A stretch of DNA of 44,171 bases. Source: a virus. The notes under the pieces were generated by a model, which worked only from the letters and a program-made list of their open reading frames with translations, searched no databases and was not told where the DNA came from. The stretch lies in IMG/VR virus record IMGVR_UViG_3300027017_000001; one strand, written 5' to 3'. The position numbers were made by a program, and so were the translations under genes. This document shows, one piece after another, positions 32,308 through 39,952 of this stretch; position 1 is the first letter of the stretch; every line of letters begins with the position of its first letter.

Positions 32308-32976
32308 TTACCGGCGCCTTAGCCAGGAACCGGTTACCACGCCGCAGATCTTTGTGCCCTCGGGCATTTCCAGAATGCGATTAGGGAAATCTGGGTTGAG
32401 CGCGAGCAGAAATGTGCCTTCTTCCGTGATCTGCAATCGCTTAAAAGTCGTCTTCTTGTCGGGATCTGGCGTCCTGACGACGATATCGCTGTTGTGCCGC
32501 GCTTCTATTTCTGGGTCAACGAGAATGATTTCACCATCCCTATACTCCGGCCACATGCTTAATCCGTTTATTTGAAGACAGAAGGAGCTGGCACTGTGTG
32601 CATAAGGGCACTGGAGCCATTCCTCGGCGTCGTTTGTTATTAGTAGATCAATAGAGTCATCGAGCATCCCGGCGGTTACCCATGAAATCAGAGGAACTGG
32701 GTCATATAGTCCATGCCCAGCGCTGATATTGGAATCCTTACCTTTTATGCGGTCAATTAGACCTCCGTCCAGCAAATCTTGCGCGTCCAACTTAAAAGCC
32801 TTGGCGAGACTCGACACGGTCGAAATCCCTGGATCTGACTCCTCTCGCAGCGTCCGGCCAATAGTCGGCTGACCAACCCCAGATTTAGACGCAAGCTTCT
32901 GCTGCGTGTCCAGGTTCGGATTGCCAGCCATCAAGAATTTTAAGTTGTTGGCCAATATCTGCCTGATCGAAAGCAT
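32308..32976 (-). CDS. cI: CI-like repressor (HTH_XRE + S24 LexA-type autopeptidase)
   Basis: The start is MLSIRQIL. The HTH is QQKLASKSGVGQPTIGRTL. An Ala-Gly candidate cleavage site lies in NISAGHG, the Ser motif is GLSMWPE and the Lys motif is TFKRL. Confidence 0.9.
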   Translation of the reverse strand: MLSIRQILANNLKFLMAGNPNLDTQQKLASKSGVGQPTIGRTLREESDPGISTVSSLAKAFKLDAQDLLDGGLIDRIKGKDSNISAGHGLYDPVPLISWVTAGMLDDSIDLLITNDAEEWLQCPYAHSASSFCLQINGLSMWPEYRDGEIILVDPEIEARHNSDIVVRTPDPDKKTTFKRLQITEEGTFLLALNPDFPNRILEMPEGTKICGVVTGSWLRRR

Positions 32977-32990
32977 CGTCGTAGCACCTG

Positions 32991-33080
32991 ATTCGTATCT
33001 GGCTAAGCATCGCATTAAGCATTAGTCGTTTGCGGCTTTACAGGATTATTCGTATACGGCTAAAGTATGCGTGAACGACT
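32991..33080. promoter_or_regulatory. OR-like operator cluster (three motif copies)
   Basis: The copies are ATTCGTATCTGGCTA (32991-33005), ATTCGTATACGGCTA (33048-33062) and a TATGCGTGAACGA-containing copy (33064-33080). Confidence 0.6.
33037..33066 (+). promoter_or_regulatory. PR-like early-right promoter
   Basis: It reads TTTACA, an 18-nt spacer and TAAAGT. The spacer contains an operator copy. Confidence 0.5.
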
Positions 33081-33097
33081 CATAAAAGGTTTCCACC

Positions 33098-33307
33098 ATG
33101 CCAGTAGCCAATTTTCAAAACGACTTGCTCGGCTTCATCAAGGGCGAGCTTCTCAGCCGCCGCGGTGAATGGCGGGAGATCAGCGAGGCCGCCCAGGTCC
33201 CGTATTTCACCATGAGCAAGATTTCCAACGGCTCCACCAAGGATCCGCGCATCAGCTCCGTGCAGGCGCTGACCAACTATTTCCTGCAGCACCCAAAGGC
33301 TGCTTAA
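33098..33307 (+). CDS. cro: Cro-like HTH regulator
   Basis: 69 aa, divergent from cI. An HTH-like segment EISEAAQVPYFTMSKISNG is present. Confidence 0.7.
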   Translation: MPVANFQNDLLGFIKGELLSRRGEWREISEAAQVPYFTMSKISNGSTKDPRISSVQALTNYFLQHPKAA

Positions 33308-33336
33308 CCCTTTCGAACAACCAAGGAGCCTCACCA

Positions 33337-33531
33337 ATGGCATATGACGACACGCGCCACCTGAAAGACCGGGAGATTAAGTCCCGTTACGACGATGAAA
33401 CCTATGAGGCCCTGAAGGCTGTGGCCCGCCTGCACAAGCTCCAGCTCGCCGTATTTGTGCGCATGTGCGTTGAGGAAAAGCTGGAGAGCATCGTCGAGCT
33501 GGATGCTAACGGTAAACACATGCAGGCCTGA
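33337..33531 (+). CDS. Small regulatory protein (RHH-like, cII position)
   Basis: ATG 33337 lies 8 nt after AAGGAG. The product is 64 aa. The segment DDETYEALKAVARLHKLQLAVFVR resembles a ribbon-helix-helix. Confidence 0.55.
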   Translation: MAYDDTRHLKDREIKSRYDDETYEALKAVARLHKLQLAVFVRMCVEEKLESIVELDANGKHMQA

Positions 33532-33550
33532 AGGCCCTGAAGGAGGCTAT

Positions 33551-33796
33551 GTGCCCGAAACCACGATCAGCCACGGGATCGATGGGCGCCTCTACGAAAA
33601 GCTTGAACGACTGGCGAAAGCAGCAGGCATGACGCCTGACGAATACGCCGCAAAGCTTGGAGCGGAGCGTTTTTTCGAAAAGACCAGGCCAAGAGGCGCC
33701 GGAAAAATCCGGCATTTGCCAACAACAAGGCGCGACCCGCCGAAGCCCGGAATAGGGCCTGAAAAAGGAGGGGCTGATGAAGACCTCGATAGGTAA
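33551..33796 (+). CDS. Small RHH-like protein with a basic Pro-rich tail
   Basis: GTG 33551 follows AGGAGG. The segment IDGRLYEKLERLAKAAGMTPDEYAAKL is RHH-like. Confidence 0.5.
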   Translation: MPETTISHGIDGRLYEKLERLAKAAGMTPDEYAAKLGAERFFEKTRPRGAGKIRHLPTTRRDPPKPGIGPEKGGADEDLDR

Positions 33797-33818
33797 CACC
33801 AAATCGCAGGCACAAAAA

Positions 33819-33844
33819 AGCCGGGGTGCGATCCCGGCTCTTTT
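33819..33844 (+). terminator. Intrinsic terminator inside the early-right operon (tR1-like)
   Basis: The stem is AGCCGGG/CCCGGCT with a 7-nt loop, followed by CTTTT. Confidence 0.55.
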
Positions 33845-33882
33845 ACAGCGCTTGCAAAAACTACATCAACGTGGAGCTGATT

Positions 33883-34695
33883 ATGCACGCCTCGATTCCT
33901 GATGTACAGGCCCTGAAAAAGTCCGCGACACAGTTTCAAGATTTGCAAAACGTGTCGCGTACAACAATGTCGTCCCGCGAGATCGCCAGCATCACCGGAA
34001 AGCGCCACGACAACGTGAAGCGCGACATTCTGGCGATGCTGAAAGAGTTGAAATCCGATGCCCTCAGCTTTGAGGACATTTACCTGGACGGCCGGAATCG
34101 TGAGCAGGTCCAGTACCTGCTCGACCGAGAACACACCGACTGTTTGCTCACTGGTTACAGCGCGCCCATGCGCATGAAGGTTATTCGCCGCTGGCGTGAG
34201 CTGGAGCAGCAGCAGGGCGCGCGCAATCAGGTCTTGCTCAACGGCACTAAGGTCGTCGGGGAACTCGCCATCCTGGAGTGCTTCACCCGCCTCCTGAAGC
34301 CTGCACCGTCCAGTCAAGTGATGATGCTCGCCCAGATCGCCACCAACAACGGCCTCGATGCCAAATTCCTTCCAGGCTACGCCGTAGATGCCGCGCCGGA
34401 TGCCATCGGCGGCTCTTCAATGGAAACCAAAGCCGTCACCGACCTCATCAAAGAAAACGGAATAGCCAGCACGGCACCGGCCTTTAACAGGTTGCTTGCA
34501 TCCAATGGCTTCATCAAGAAGTGCCAGCGCAACAGCGCTAAGCGCGGAGTCGTCGACTTCTGGTCTGTGACTGATAAGGGCCTTCGCTACGGCAAGAACC
34601 TGACCAGCCCAAACAACCCCCGCGAGACGGCACCTCATTGGTACGTCGATCGTTTCCTTGAGCTTGCCGGCTTGGTCGGCAAAGGCAGCAAGTAA
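33883..34695 (+). CDS. Rha-family phage regulatory protein with a C-terminal extension
   Basis: The motif MSSREIASITGKRHDNVKRDILAML is typical of Phage_pRha. ATG 33883 follows GGAG. Confidence 0.75.
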   Translation: MHASIPDVQALKKSATQFQDLQNVSRTTMSSREIASITGKRHDNVKRDILAMLKELKSDALSFEDIYLDGRNREQVQYLLDREHTDCLLTGYSAPMRMKVIRRWRELEQQQGARNQVLLNGTKVVGELAILECFTRLLKPAPSSQVMMLAQIATNNGLDAKFLPGYAVDAAPDAIGGSSMETKAVTDLIKENGIASTAPAFNRLLASNGFIKKCQRNSAKRGVVDFWSVTDKGLRYGKNLTSPNNPRETAPHWYVDRFLELAGLVGKGSK

Positions 34696-35471
34696 TGGCC
34701 GGAGACTGGATAAAAATGCGAATCGACCTTCAGACGCATCCGAAAGTGTTCCGCATGGTGTCCGCATTGCAAGCGGACAGGTTGCGGATTATCGGCGGAC
34801 TGCATGTCGCCTGGAGCATCTTCGACACCCACTCAAGTGACGGTGTTTTGGTGGGCTACACCGTTGATGCGATGGACGCTGTAGTTGGCTGGCCCGGCTT
34901 TACCCAGGCCATGATCGACGTCGAATGGGCCTCCGTGAATGACGGTGGAAGCCTTGTAATGCCTCGCTTTGACGAGCACAACGGGGCCAGCGCCAAGCGC
35001 CGCGCCAACGACTCCGAGCGCAAGCGCAACGAACGCAAAAAAACTGTCCGCAATTTGTCCGCTTCGGATGCGGACAGTTTGCGGACCAGAGAAGAGAAGA
35101 GAAGAGAAGAGAAGAAACAAGATCAAGAGCAAGGCGCTGACGCGCCGGCGAAGTCTGGAAAGTTCGATCCCCTGACTGCCAAGCCTGCCAACGTGTCCGA
35201 CAAGGCCTGGGCCGACTGGTGCCAGCACCGCAAAGAAATCCGCAAGCCGCTGACTGCCAAGAGCTGTGAGCAGCAGGCCAAGTCGCTTGAGGGTCATGCC
35301 GCCCCGGACCAGGTGCTCGCCATCTCGATCGCCAATGGCTGGATCGGGATATTCCCGGAGAAATCCAAGGGCAACGTCCACCAGTTCCCCGCATCCCGCC
35401 ACACCGGCTTCGCTGACCGTGACTACCAAGCTGGGCTGATCCAGCGTGAGGACGGTACCTATGCCTTCTGA
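34695..35471 (+). CDS. Replication initiation (O-like/replisome organiser) protein
   Basis: 258 aa immediately upstream of, and coupled to, the DnaC-like loader. It contains iteron clusters and a charged linker. Confidence 0.6.
   Translation: MAGDWIKMRIDLQTHPKVFRMVSALQADRLRIIGGLHVAWSIFDTHSSDGVLVGYTVDAMDAVVGWPGFTQAMIDVEWASVNDGGSLVMPRFDEHNGASAKRRANDSERKRNERKKTVRNLSASDADSLRTREEKRREEKKQDQEQGADAPAKSGKFDPLTAKPANVSDKAWADWCQHRKEIRKPLTAKSCEQQAKSLEGHAAPDQVLAISIANGWIGIFPEKSKGNVHQFPASRHTGFADRDYQAGLIQREDGTYAF
35043..35113. repeat. Putative ori: nested TGTCCGC/GCGGACA iterons plus a (GAGAA)5 polypurine tract
   Basis: The sequence ACTGTCCGCAATTTGTCCGCTTCGGATGCGGACAGTTTGCGGACC is followed by GAGAA x5. A second looser cluster lies at 34746-34801. 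Confidence 0.55.
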
Positions 35472-36273
35472 AAACGTTGTTGCCATCCCGGCGGCGGCCT
35501 ATCCGCCAGGCACCAGAATCCAGCCGGCCATCTGCGAAATCCACGGCGAGTACCAGCAGAAGGTCTATTCGGTGCTGGGTCGTGACCTGAAGAGCGGTTG
35601 CCCGGAGTGCAGCCGCATTCGCGCCGAGGAGGAGGAAGCCCGCAGGCAGACCCAGGAGTCCCAACTGCTCCGCATGCGTATGGCCGAAAAGCTCGGCTCC
35701 TCCCTGATTCCTAAGCGCTTCATGGGCAAGACCTTCGATCAGTACGTTGCAAAGACCGCCGAACAGCGCAAAGCCTTGAACACCTGCCGTCGGTACGCTG
35801 CCGAGTTCGCGGACATTGCCGAGACTGGCCGGTGCCTGCTGCTGCTGGGTAAGCCAGGCACAGGCAAGACGCATCTTGCCGTGGCCATCGCCAACGAAAT
35901 CATGGCGACCACCACCGCGACAGCCGTGTACCGCACGGTCGGCGCTGTGCTCCAGGCCATCCGAGCCACATACGATAACTCCAGCGAGAAAAGCGAAAGC
36001 CAGATCCTGTCGAGCCTGATCAGCCCGTCGCTTCTGATCCTAGACGAGATCGGCGTGAGCAAGGAGAAGCCAAGCGACTTCGAGCTGACGACGCTGTTCT
36101 CGATCATCAACGGCCGGTACGAGGAGCTGCGACCCACCGTGATCGTTTCAAACCTCGACGCCAAGGCATTGGCCGCGGCAATCGGTGATCGCTGTGCAGA
36201 CAGGCTTCGGGAAGGCGGGGTGATCGTCATTCCGTTCGAGTGGGAATCGCAACGTGGCAAGGAGGGATTCTGA
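35461..36273 (+). CDS. DnaC/IstB-like AAA+ helicase loader
   Basis: Walker A is GKPGTGKTH and Walker B is LLILDEIG. ATG 35461 overlaps the upstream stop. Confidence 0.85.
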   Translation: MPSENVVAIPAAAYPPGTRIQPAICEIHGEYQQKVYSVLGRDLKSGCPECSRIRAEEEEARRQTQESQLLRMRMAEKLGSSLIPKRFMGKTFDQYVAKTAEQRKALNTCRRYAAEFADIAETGRCLLLLGKPGTGKTHLAVAIANEIMATTTATAVYRTVGAVLQAIRATYDNSSEKSESQILSSLISPSLLILDEIGVSKEKPSDFELTTLFSIINGRYEELRPTVIVSNLDAKALAAAIGDRCADRLREGGVIVIPFEWESQRGKEGF

Positions 36274-36274
36274 C

Positions 36275-36682
36275 ATGACCGATTACACCGAACTGAAGCG
36301 GCTGGCCGAGGCTGCACCAGAAGGGCCATGGTTTGGGCCGGAGTACGCGCCGGGCACAAGCTACGTGTTTGACGTGGATCTCGGAACGCTGCTCGAGTAC
36401 CAGAGCATTGATTCGGAGAAGGACGCATGTCTTCGCTACGTCGCCGCCGCCAACCCCGCCGCAGTCCTTTCCCTGATCGCTGAGAGCGACCAGCTCAAGG
36501 CCGAACTCTCCGGCCTGTGCACTGGCTTCGAAGCGCAGAACCAAGTGAATGCTGAGTTGAAGGCCGAGAACGAGACGCTGGAATCGAGTCAAGCAAAGTT
36601 GGCTGGCGAGCTGAGTCGGCTTCGAGCCAAGCACAAAGACTGGTCGGTCGACGCCGCCCTAGGCAAGGGAGAGCAGCCATGA
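36275..36682 (+). CDS. Ead/Ea22-like protein
   Basis: The N-terminus MTDYTELKRLAEAAPEGPW plus a coiled-coil is typical of the family. AAGGAGGG lies upstream. Confidence 0.6.
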   Translation: MTDYTELKRLAEAAPEGPWFGPEYAPGTSYVFDVDLGTLLEYQSIDSEKDACLRYVAAANPAAVLSLIAESDQLKAELSGLCTGFEAQNQVNAELKAENETLESSQAKLAGELSRLRAKHKDWSVDAALGKGEQP

Positions 36683-36894
36683 CCGAAAATCTCGCAAAGC
36701 CAAAGGTTGGGATGATCGTTCGCAACAAGCGCAGTGGGACCATGTACCAGATTGCGGTTGTTGAAGCGGGTCGCGTCTATATCCGTCCGTACTGGACAGG
36801 GCGTAACGCTCGATCCACATGGAAATCCATAACCCGGCTCTGGTGCGACTGCTACCGCGTGGATGACACAGCAGTGACGGAGGTGCAGCCATGA
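36679..36894 (+). CDS. Hypothetical protein
   Basis: 71-aa ORF with 4-nt overlaps at both ends. Confidence 0.6.
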   Translation: MTENLAKPKVGMIVRNKRSGTMYQIAVVEAGRVYIRPYWTGRNARSTWKSITRLWCDCYRVDDTAVTEVQP

Positions 36895-37358
36895 CCAATA
36901 TCATCCACAAGCCTCGCCACTTCTGGTCAGCCGGCTCTAACCGAATCCGCGAAGTATTCCGCCTGGCCTACCTGTTCGCCACTGAGCTTGCGACCGCGGG
37001 CGCCGTGGAGATCATCGTCCGCCCGGTGAAGTCCCGCCGCACCCTGGAGCAGAACGCCAAGCTGTGGGCAATGCTGGGCGATATCTCCCGCCAGGTGGAT
37101 TGGCCAGTCAACGGAGTGATGCAGAAGCTCGACAGCGAGGACTGGAAGGCGCTAATGACCGCGGCAGCCCGCCAAGAGATCCGCATGGCCCAGGGCATCA
37201 ACGGCGGCGTAGTCATGCTGGGCGAGAGCACCAAGCGCATGACTGTGGCCGAGCTGGGCGACGTGATCGAATGCATGTACGCCTTCGGTGCCGACAAGGG
37301 TGTCGTTTGGAGTGAGCCGAAGGGGCAGATGCCTGAGACTTGGGAGGCCGCAGCATGA
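36891..37358 (+). CDS. ninB: NinB-like recombination protein
   Basis: The motif RTLEQNAKLWAMLGDISRQVDW...EDWKALM matches my memory of the NinB family. Confidence 0.75.
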   Translation: MTNIIHKPRHFWSAGSNRIREVFRLAYLFATELATAGAVEIIVRPVKSRRTLEQNAKLWAMLGDISRQVDWPVNGVMQKLDSEDWKALMTAAARQEIRMAQGINGGVVMLGESTKRMTVAELGDVIECMYAFGADKGVVWSEPKGQMPETWEAAA

Positions 37359-37681
37359 GCGAATACGGCGAAGACATCCAGAAGTGGATCAAGCGCAGCA
37401 ATCGCAAGGCAGCGAAGCTGGTTCGAACTGAGGACGGCAAGCATCACATCGTCTACTTCGACAAGGGCAAAGCTCGGGTCGGGGTGGTTGAGGACGGTAT
37501 GTACTGCAGGTATGGGGTTTCCTGCCGCGGCGCGATGTACAGCGTAGACCCCATGAGCCTTTGGCAGTCCGGACCAGGGTCTTGCACACAGGAGGACGTG
37601 CAGATCATGACCGACTACCTGAGCGGAACCTCCACCCTGCCCAACTTCGACTTTGGGTCGATCAAGGATCTGAAATGGTGA
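37355..37681 (+). CDS. Hypothetical protein
   Basis: The start MSEYGED forms an ATGA overlap with the ninB stop. Confidence 0.6.
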   Translation: MSEYGEDIQKWIKRSNRKAAKLVRTEDGKHHIVYFDKGKARVGVVEDGMYCRYGVSCRGAMYSVDPMSLWQSGPGSCTQEDVQIMTDYLSGTSTLPNFDFGSIKDLKW

Positions 37682-38259
37682 TCGCCTCTAAACAGCCAAA
37701 GCCCAAGACCTGCAAGAACCCAGAATGCAGGGCCTCATTCGTCCCGCAGCGCCTTGGGCAGGCCGTATGCAGTCCGAAATGCGCGCTGGCCACCGTCGAC
37801 TCGAACCGTGATAGGGCGCGCAGGTCTCTCGCCCAGGTCGAGCGCCGCGAGATCAAGGTCCGCAAGGAGAATCTGAAGAGTAGGGCGGATCATGCTTGCG
37901 ATACGCAGCAAGCGTTCAACGAATGGGTGCGCCTGCGCGATGCCGAGTTGCCGTGTGTGAGCTGCGGCCGTCACCACGAAGGCCAGTACCACGCCGGGCA
38001 CTACCGGACCGTGGCAGCGAGCCCGGAGCTGCGATTTGAGCCGCTCAACGTCCACAAGCAGTGTGCGCCGTGCAACAACCACAAATCCGGCGACATCGTG
38101 AACTACCGCATCGAGCTGGTGAAGCGGATCGGTGCCGACCAGGTGGAGTGGCTGGAAGGTCCCCACTTACCGAAGAAATACACCATCGAGCAACTGAAGG
38201 CGATGACTGCCGAGTACAGAGCAAAGGCCAGAGAGCTGAAGGGGAGGCTTGCATCATGA
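37675..38259 (+). CDS. ninG: NinG/Rap-like structure-specific endonuclease
   Basis: The Cys motifs CKNPEC...CSPKC and CVSCG...HAGHY...CAPCNNHK are typical of NinG. Confidence 0.75.
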   Translation: MVIASKQPKPKTCKNPECRASFVPQRLGQAVCSPKCALATVDSNRDRARRSLAQVERREIKVRKENLKSRADHACDTQQAFNEWVRLRDAELPCVSCGRHHEGQYHAGHYRTVAASPELRFEPLNVHKQCAPCNNHKSGDIVNYRIELVKRIGADQVEWLEGPHLPKKYTIEQLKAMTAEYRAKARELKGRLAS

Positions 38260-38837
38260 AAATCAACTCAGCGCGCCAGGCTTGGCATGACTGCAAGTAC
38301 AACCCGGCCCCTGGCCAGTCCTCTGACATCGCGCAGTTGGGCGTGGTGGTGCAGGGCACGGAACGGGGGCCAACGGCTAGCCATGCAGTCCATGGCGCCC
38401 TGGCGGGGCATATTCAGTCGGCGATCGCCAGGCTGCATCCACAGGTTCGCGTGTTTGGCGACTACATGTATGCCGCCGAGCAAAGCGACGACATCCGCGA
38501 GGCGGCGGAAGAGGTGGTGTTCCTGGTGGTGCAGGGCAGGTCGCCACGGATGACCGCAGCTAAGCGGGAGAAACTGGAGTATGTGGTGAAGGGGGTAATG
38601 AGCCGGTACCGGTACATGCACCAAGGCGGCCAGTCAGCCAATGAGGATCCGCTGGCCAATGCCGAGAAGTTCCGCGCCTGGATGTGGCAGGTCTACGAGG
38701 TGCGCCTTGAGTCGTGCAACTGGGAGCGGGATTGGGGGGGCATGTTGCAGCTGATTTTCGAGTGCTGCGAGGATTTGGATCGGCGTGCACTGAGCCCGGT
38801 CGCAGCGGTAATTTACGAAATGCGCGAGGCCGCTTGA
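38256..38837 (+). CDS. Candidate late-gene regulator (Q-like antiterminator by position)
   Basis: 193 aa and the last gene of the PR operon. It lies directly upstream of a promoter-hairpin-terminator leader. No motif was recognised. Confidence 0.4.
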   Translation: MKINSARQAWHDCKYNPAPGQSSDIAQLGVVVQGTERGPTASHAVHGALAGHIQSAIARLHPQVRVFGDYMYAAEQSDDIREAAEEVVFLVVQGRSPRMTAAKREKLEYVVKGVMSRYRYMHQGGQSANEDPLANAEKFRAWMWQVYEVRLESCNWERDWGGMLQLIFECCEDLDRRALSPVAAVIYEMREAA

Positions 38838-38844
38838 GGGCCTA

Positions 38845-38873
38845 TTGCGTTCCCGTGCGGCTCATGGCATGAT
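38845..38873 (+). promoter_or_regulatory. Candidate late promoter (PR'-like)
   Basis: It reads TTGCGT, a 17-nt spacer and CATGAT. A short hairpin and a terminator follow. Confidence 0.3.
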
Positions 38874-38920
38874 TTCGCCACTGTTAGAGTTTTGCCTTCG
38901 GCAACTTACTCGGAAATTCG

Positions 38921-38949
38921 AACCCGGCCAGCGCGCCGGGTTTTTTATT
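38921..38949 (+). terminator. Rho-independent terminator 1 of the late leader
   Basis: The stem is AACCCGGC-cagcgc-GCCGGGTT, followed by TTTTTTATT. Confidence 0.75.
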
Positions 38950-39015
38950 GTCGACTCCTTTACGATAGCGGTGGGCGTAACCGGTACGTCTCAATACCAA
39001 TCGCAAGGAGTCGAT

Positions 39016-39192
39016 ATGATGGAATTCTTTGATGAGCAGGGCGAGCCAGCCGCAACAGTGTCCTTTGCGGACATTAAGACGCTCTCTCCGCTGACATCTG
39101 ATCCCGATGAAACCCTTAAGAAGTTGGGCCTCGAGGATGAGAAGTTGAAAGCGGTCCTTGTAAAACTGCAAAAGATAGCCAGCTCTCGCTGA
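39016..39192 (+). CDS. Small acidic hypothetical protein (58 aa) between the twin terminators
   Basis: AAGGAG lies 5 nt upstream of ATG 39016. The product is MMEFFDEQGEPAATVSFADIKTLSPLTSDPDETLKKLGLEDEKLKAVLVKLQKIASSR. Confidence 0.6.
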   Translation: MMEFFDEQGEPAATVSFADIKTLSPLTSDPDETLKKLGLEDEKLKAVLVKLQKIASSR

Positions 39193-39202
39193 TAAAGTTA
39201 GA

Positions 39203-39241
39203 ACGACAAAACCCGGCCGCCGCGCCGGGTTTTGTCGTTTT
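39203..39241 (+). terminator. Rho-independent terminator 2 of the late leader
   Basis: A perfect 15-bp stem ACGACAAAACCCGGC/GCCGGGTTTTGTCGT with a 6-nt loop, followed by TTT. Its core is near-identical to terminator 1. Confidence 0.65.
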
Positions 39242-39357
39242 CAGCTCCGCCACACCCATTGCTCCGAGCTGGGAGTGCCGTCGGGGCTGACCTATTCGCC
39301 GCTGCTCCCCAGCGTTTGGCTGAATACCCCGGCCCTTTTTATTCCACGGAGAAACCA

Positions 39358-39681
39358 ATGGCAGAACCAACGAGCACTGCCGCCAGCGTATTGCTGGTCA
39401 AGTACGGCGTGGTCATGGCTGCTTTTATCGGTTCGATCCTGTCCCTTGGTTTTCTGAAAGACCTTACCCGGGGCCAGGCGGCAACCGCTGTAGCTACTGG
39501 CTTCGGCTTTTCGGTCTACCTGACGCAACCAGTGACGTTATGGCTTGCCCCCAAGCTCGACCTGGCTGTGAATGATGACTTGCTGTGCGGCGTGGCATTC
39601 GTGCTCGGACTGACAGCGATGAACATCATCCCAGCCATGAAGGCCGCAATGGGCGCATTCGTAACGGCGCGAGGTGCCTGA
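39358..39681 (+). CDS. Putative holin (3 TM)
   Basis: 107 aa with three hydrophobic helices. It is the first membrane gene after the late leader. GGAG lies upstream. Confidence 0.5.
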   Translation: MAEPTSTAASVLLVKYGVVMAAFIGSILSLGFLKDLTRGQAATAVATGFGFSVYLTQPVTLWLAPKLDLAVNDDLLCGVAFVLGLTAMNIIPAMKAAMGAFVTARGA

Positions 39682-39682
39682 C

Positions 39683-39952
39683 ATGAACAGCATTCTTGTA
39701 TCCGTGCTGGGCTTGGTTGATGCAGCCCTATGCATCGTCGTCGCGCTGGCTGCGTGTGATTACCTGCGCCGTATCCGCCCAATCGACCAGCCACTACTGA
39801 GCGTTGCCTTCTATCTGGTCGCCATTGGGTCGTTCGGATCTTTCGTCACCTCGATGCAAGGTCAGTGGGTAAGCCCGTTCGGAGCGATGCTTCACGCCGG
39901 AATGGTGGCTTACGCGTGGGCTCGCCGCGGGCATGTGTTCGAAGTCAAGTAA
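39683..39952 (+). CDS. Second small 3-TM membrane protein (holin/antiholin candidate)
   Basis: ATG 39683 follows GAGGTG. The product is 89 aa with three hydrophobic segments. Confidence 0.45.
   Translation: MNSILVSVLGLVDAALCIVVALAACDYLRRIRPIDQPLLSVAFYLVAIGSFGSFVTSMQGQWVSPFGAMLHAGMVAYAWARRGHVFEVK

Noticed and set aside
35089-35113. (GAGAA)5 tandem repeat as a non-coding microsatellite or CRISPR-like element
   Set aside because: It is in frame within the O-like gene (it encodes REEKRREEK). There are no spacers and no repeat-spacer periodicity. It is interpreted as part of the ori and linker region.
34833-36428. Minus-strand ORFs 34833..35486, 34900..35874 and 35739..36428, antisense to the replication genes
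   Set aside because: Their composition is that of antisense frames in GC-rich coding DNA (Arg/Gly/Ala-rich). The plus-strand genes carry clear Walker motifs and translational coupling.
38845-39015. 5' extension of track ORF 38845..39192 (TTG start, 115 aa)
   Set aside because: It would read straight through a strong rho-independent terminator. An ATG with a perfect AAGGAG RBS exists at 39016.
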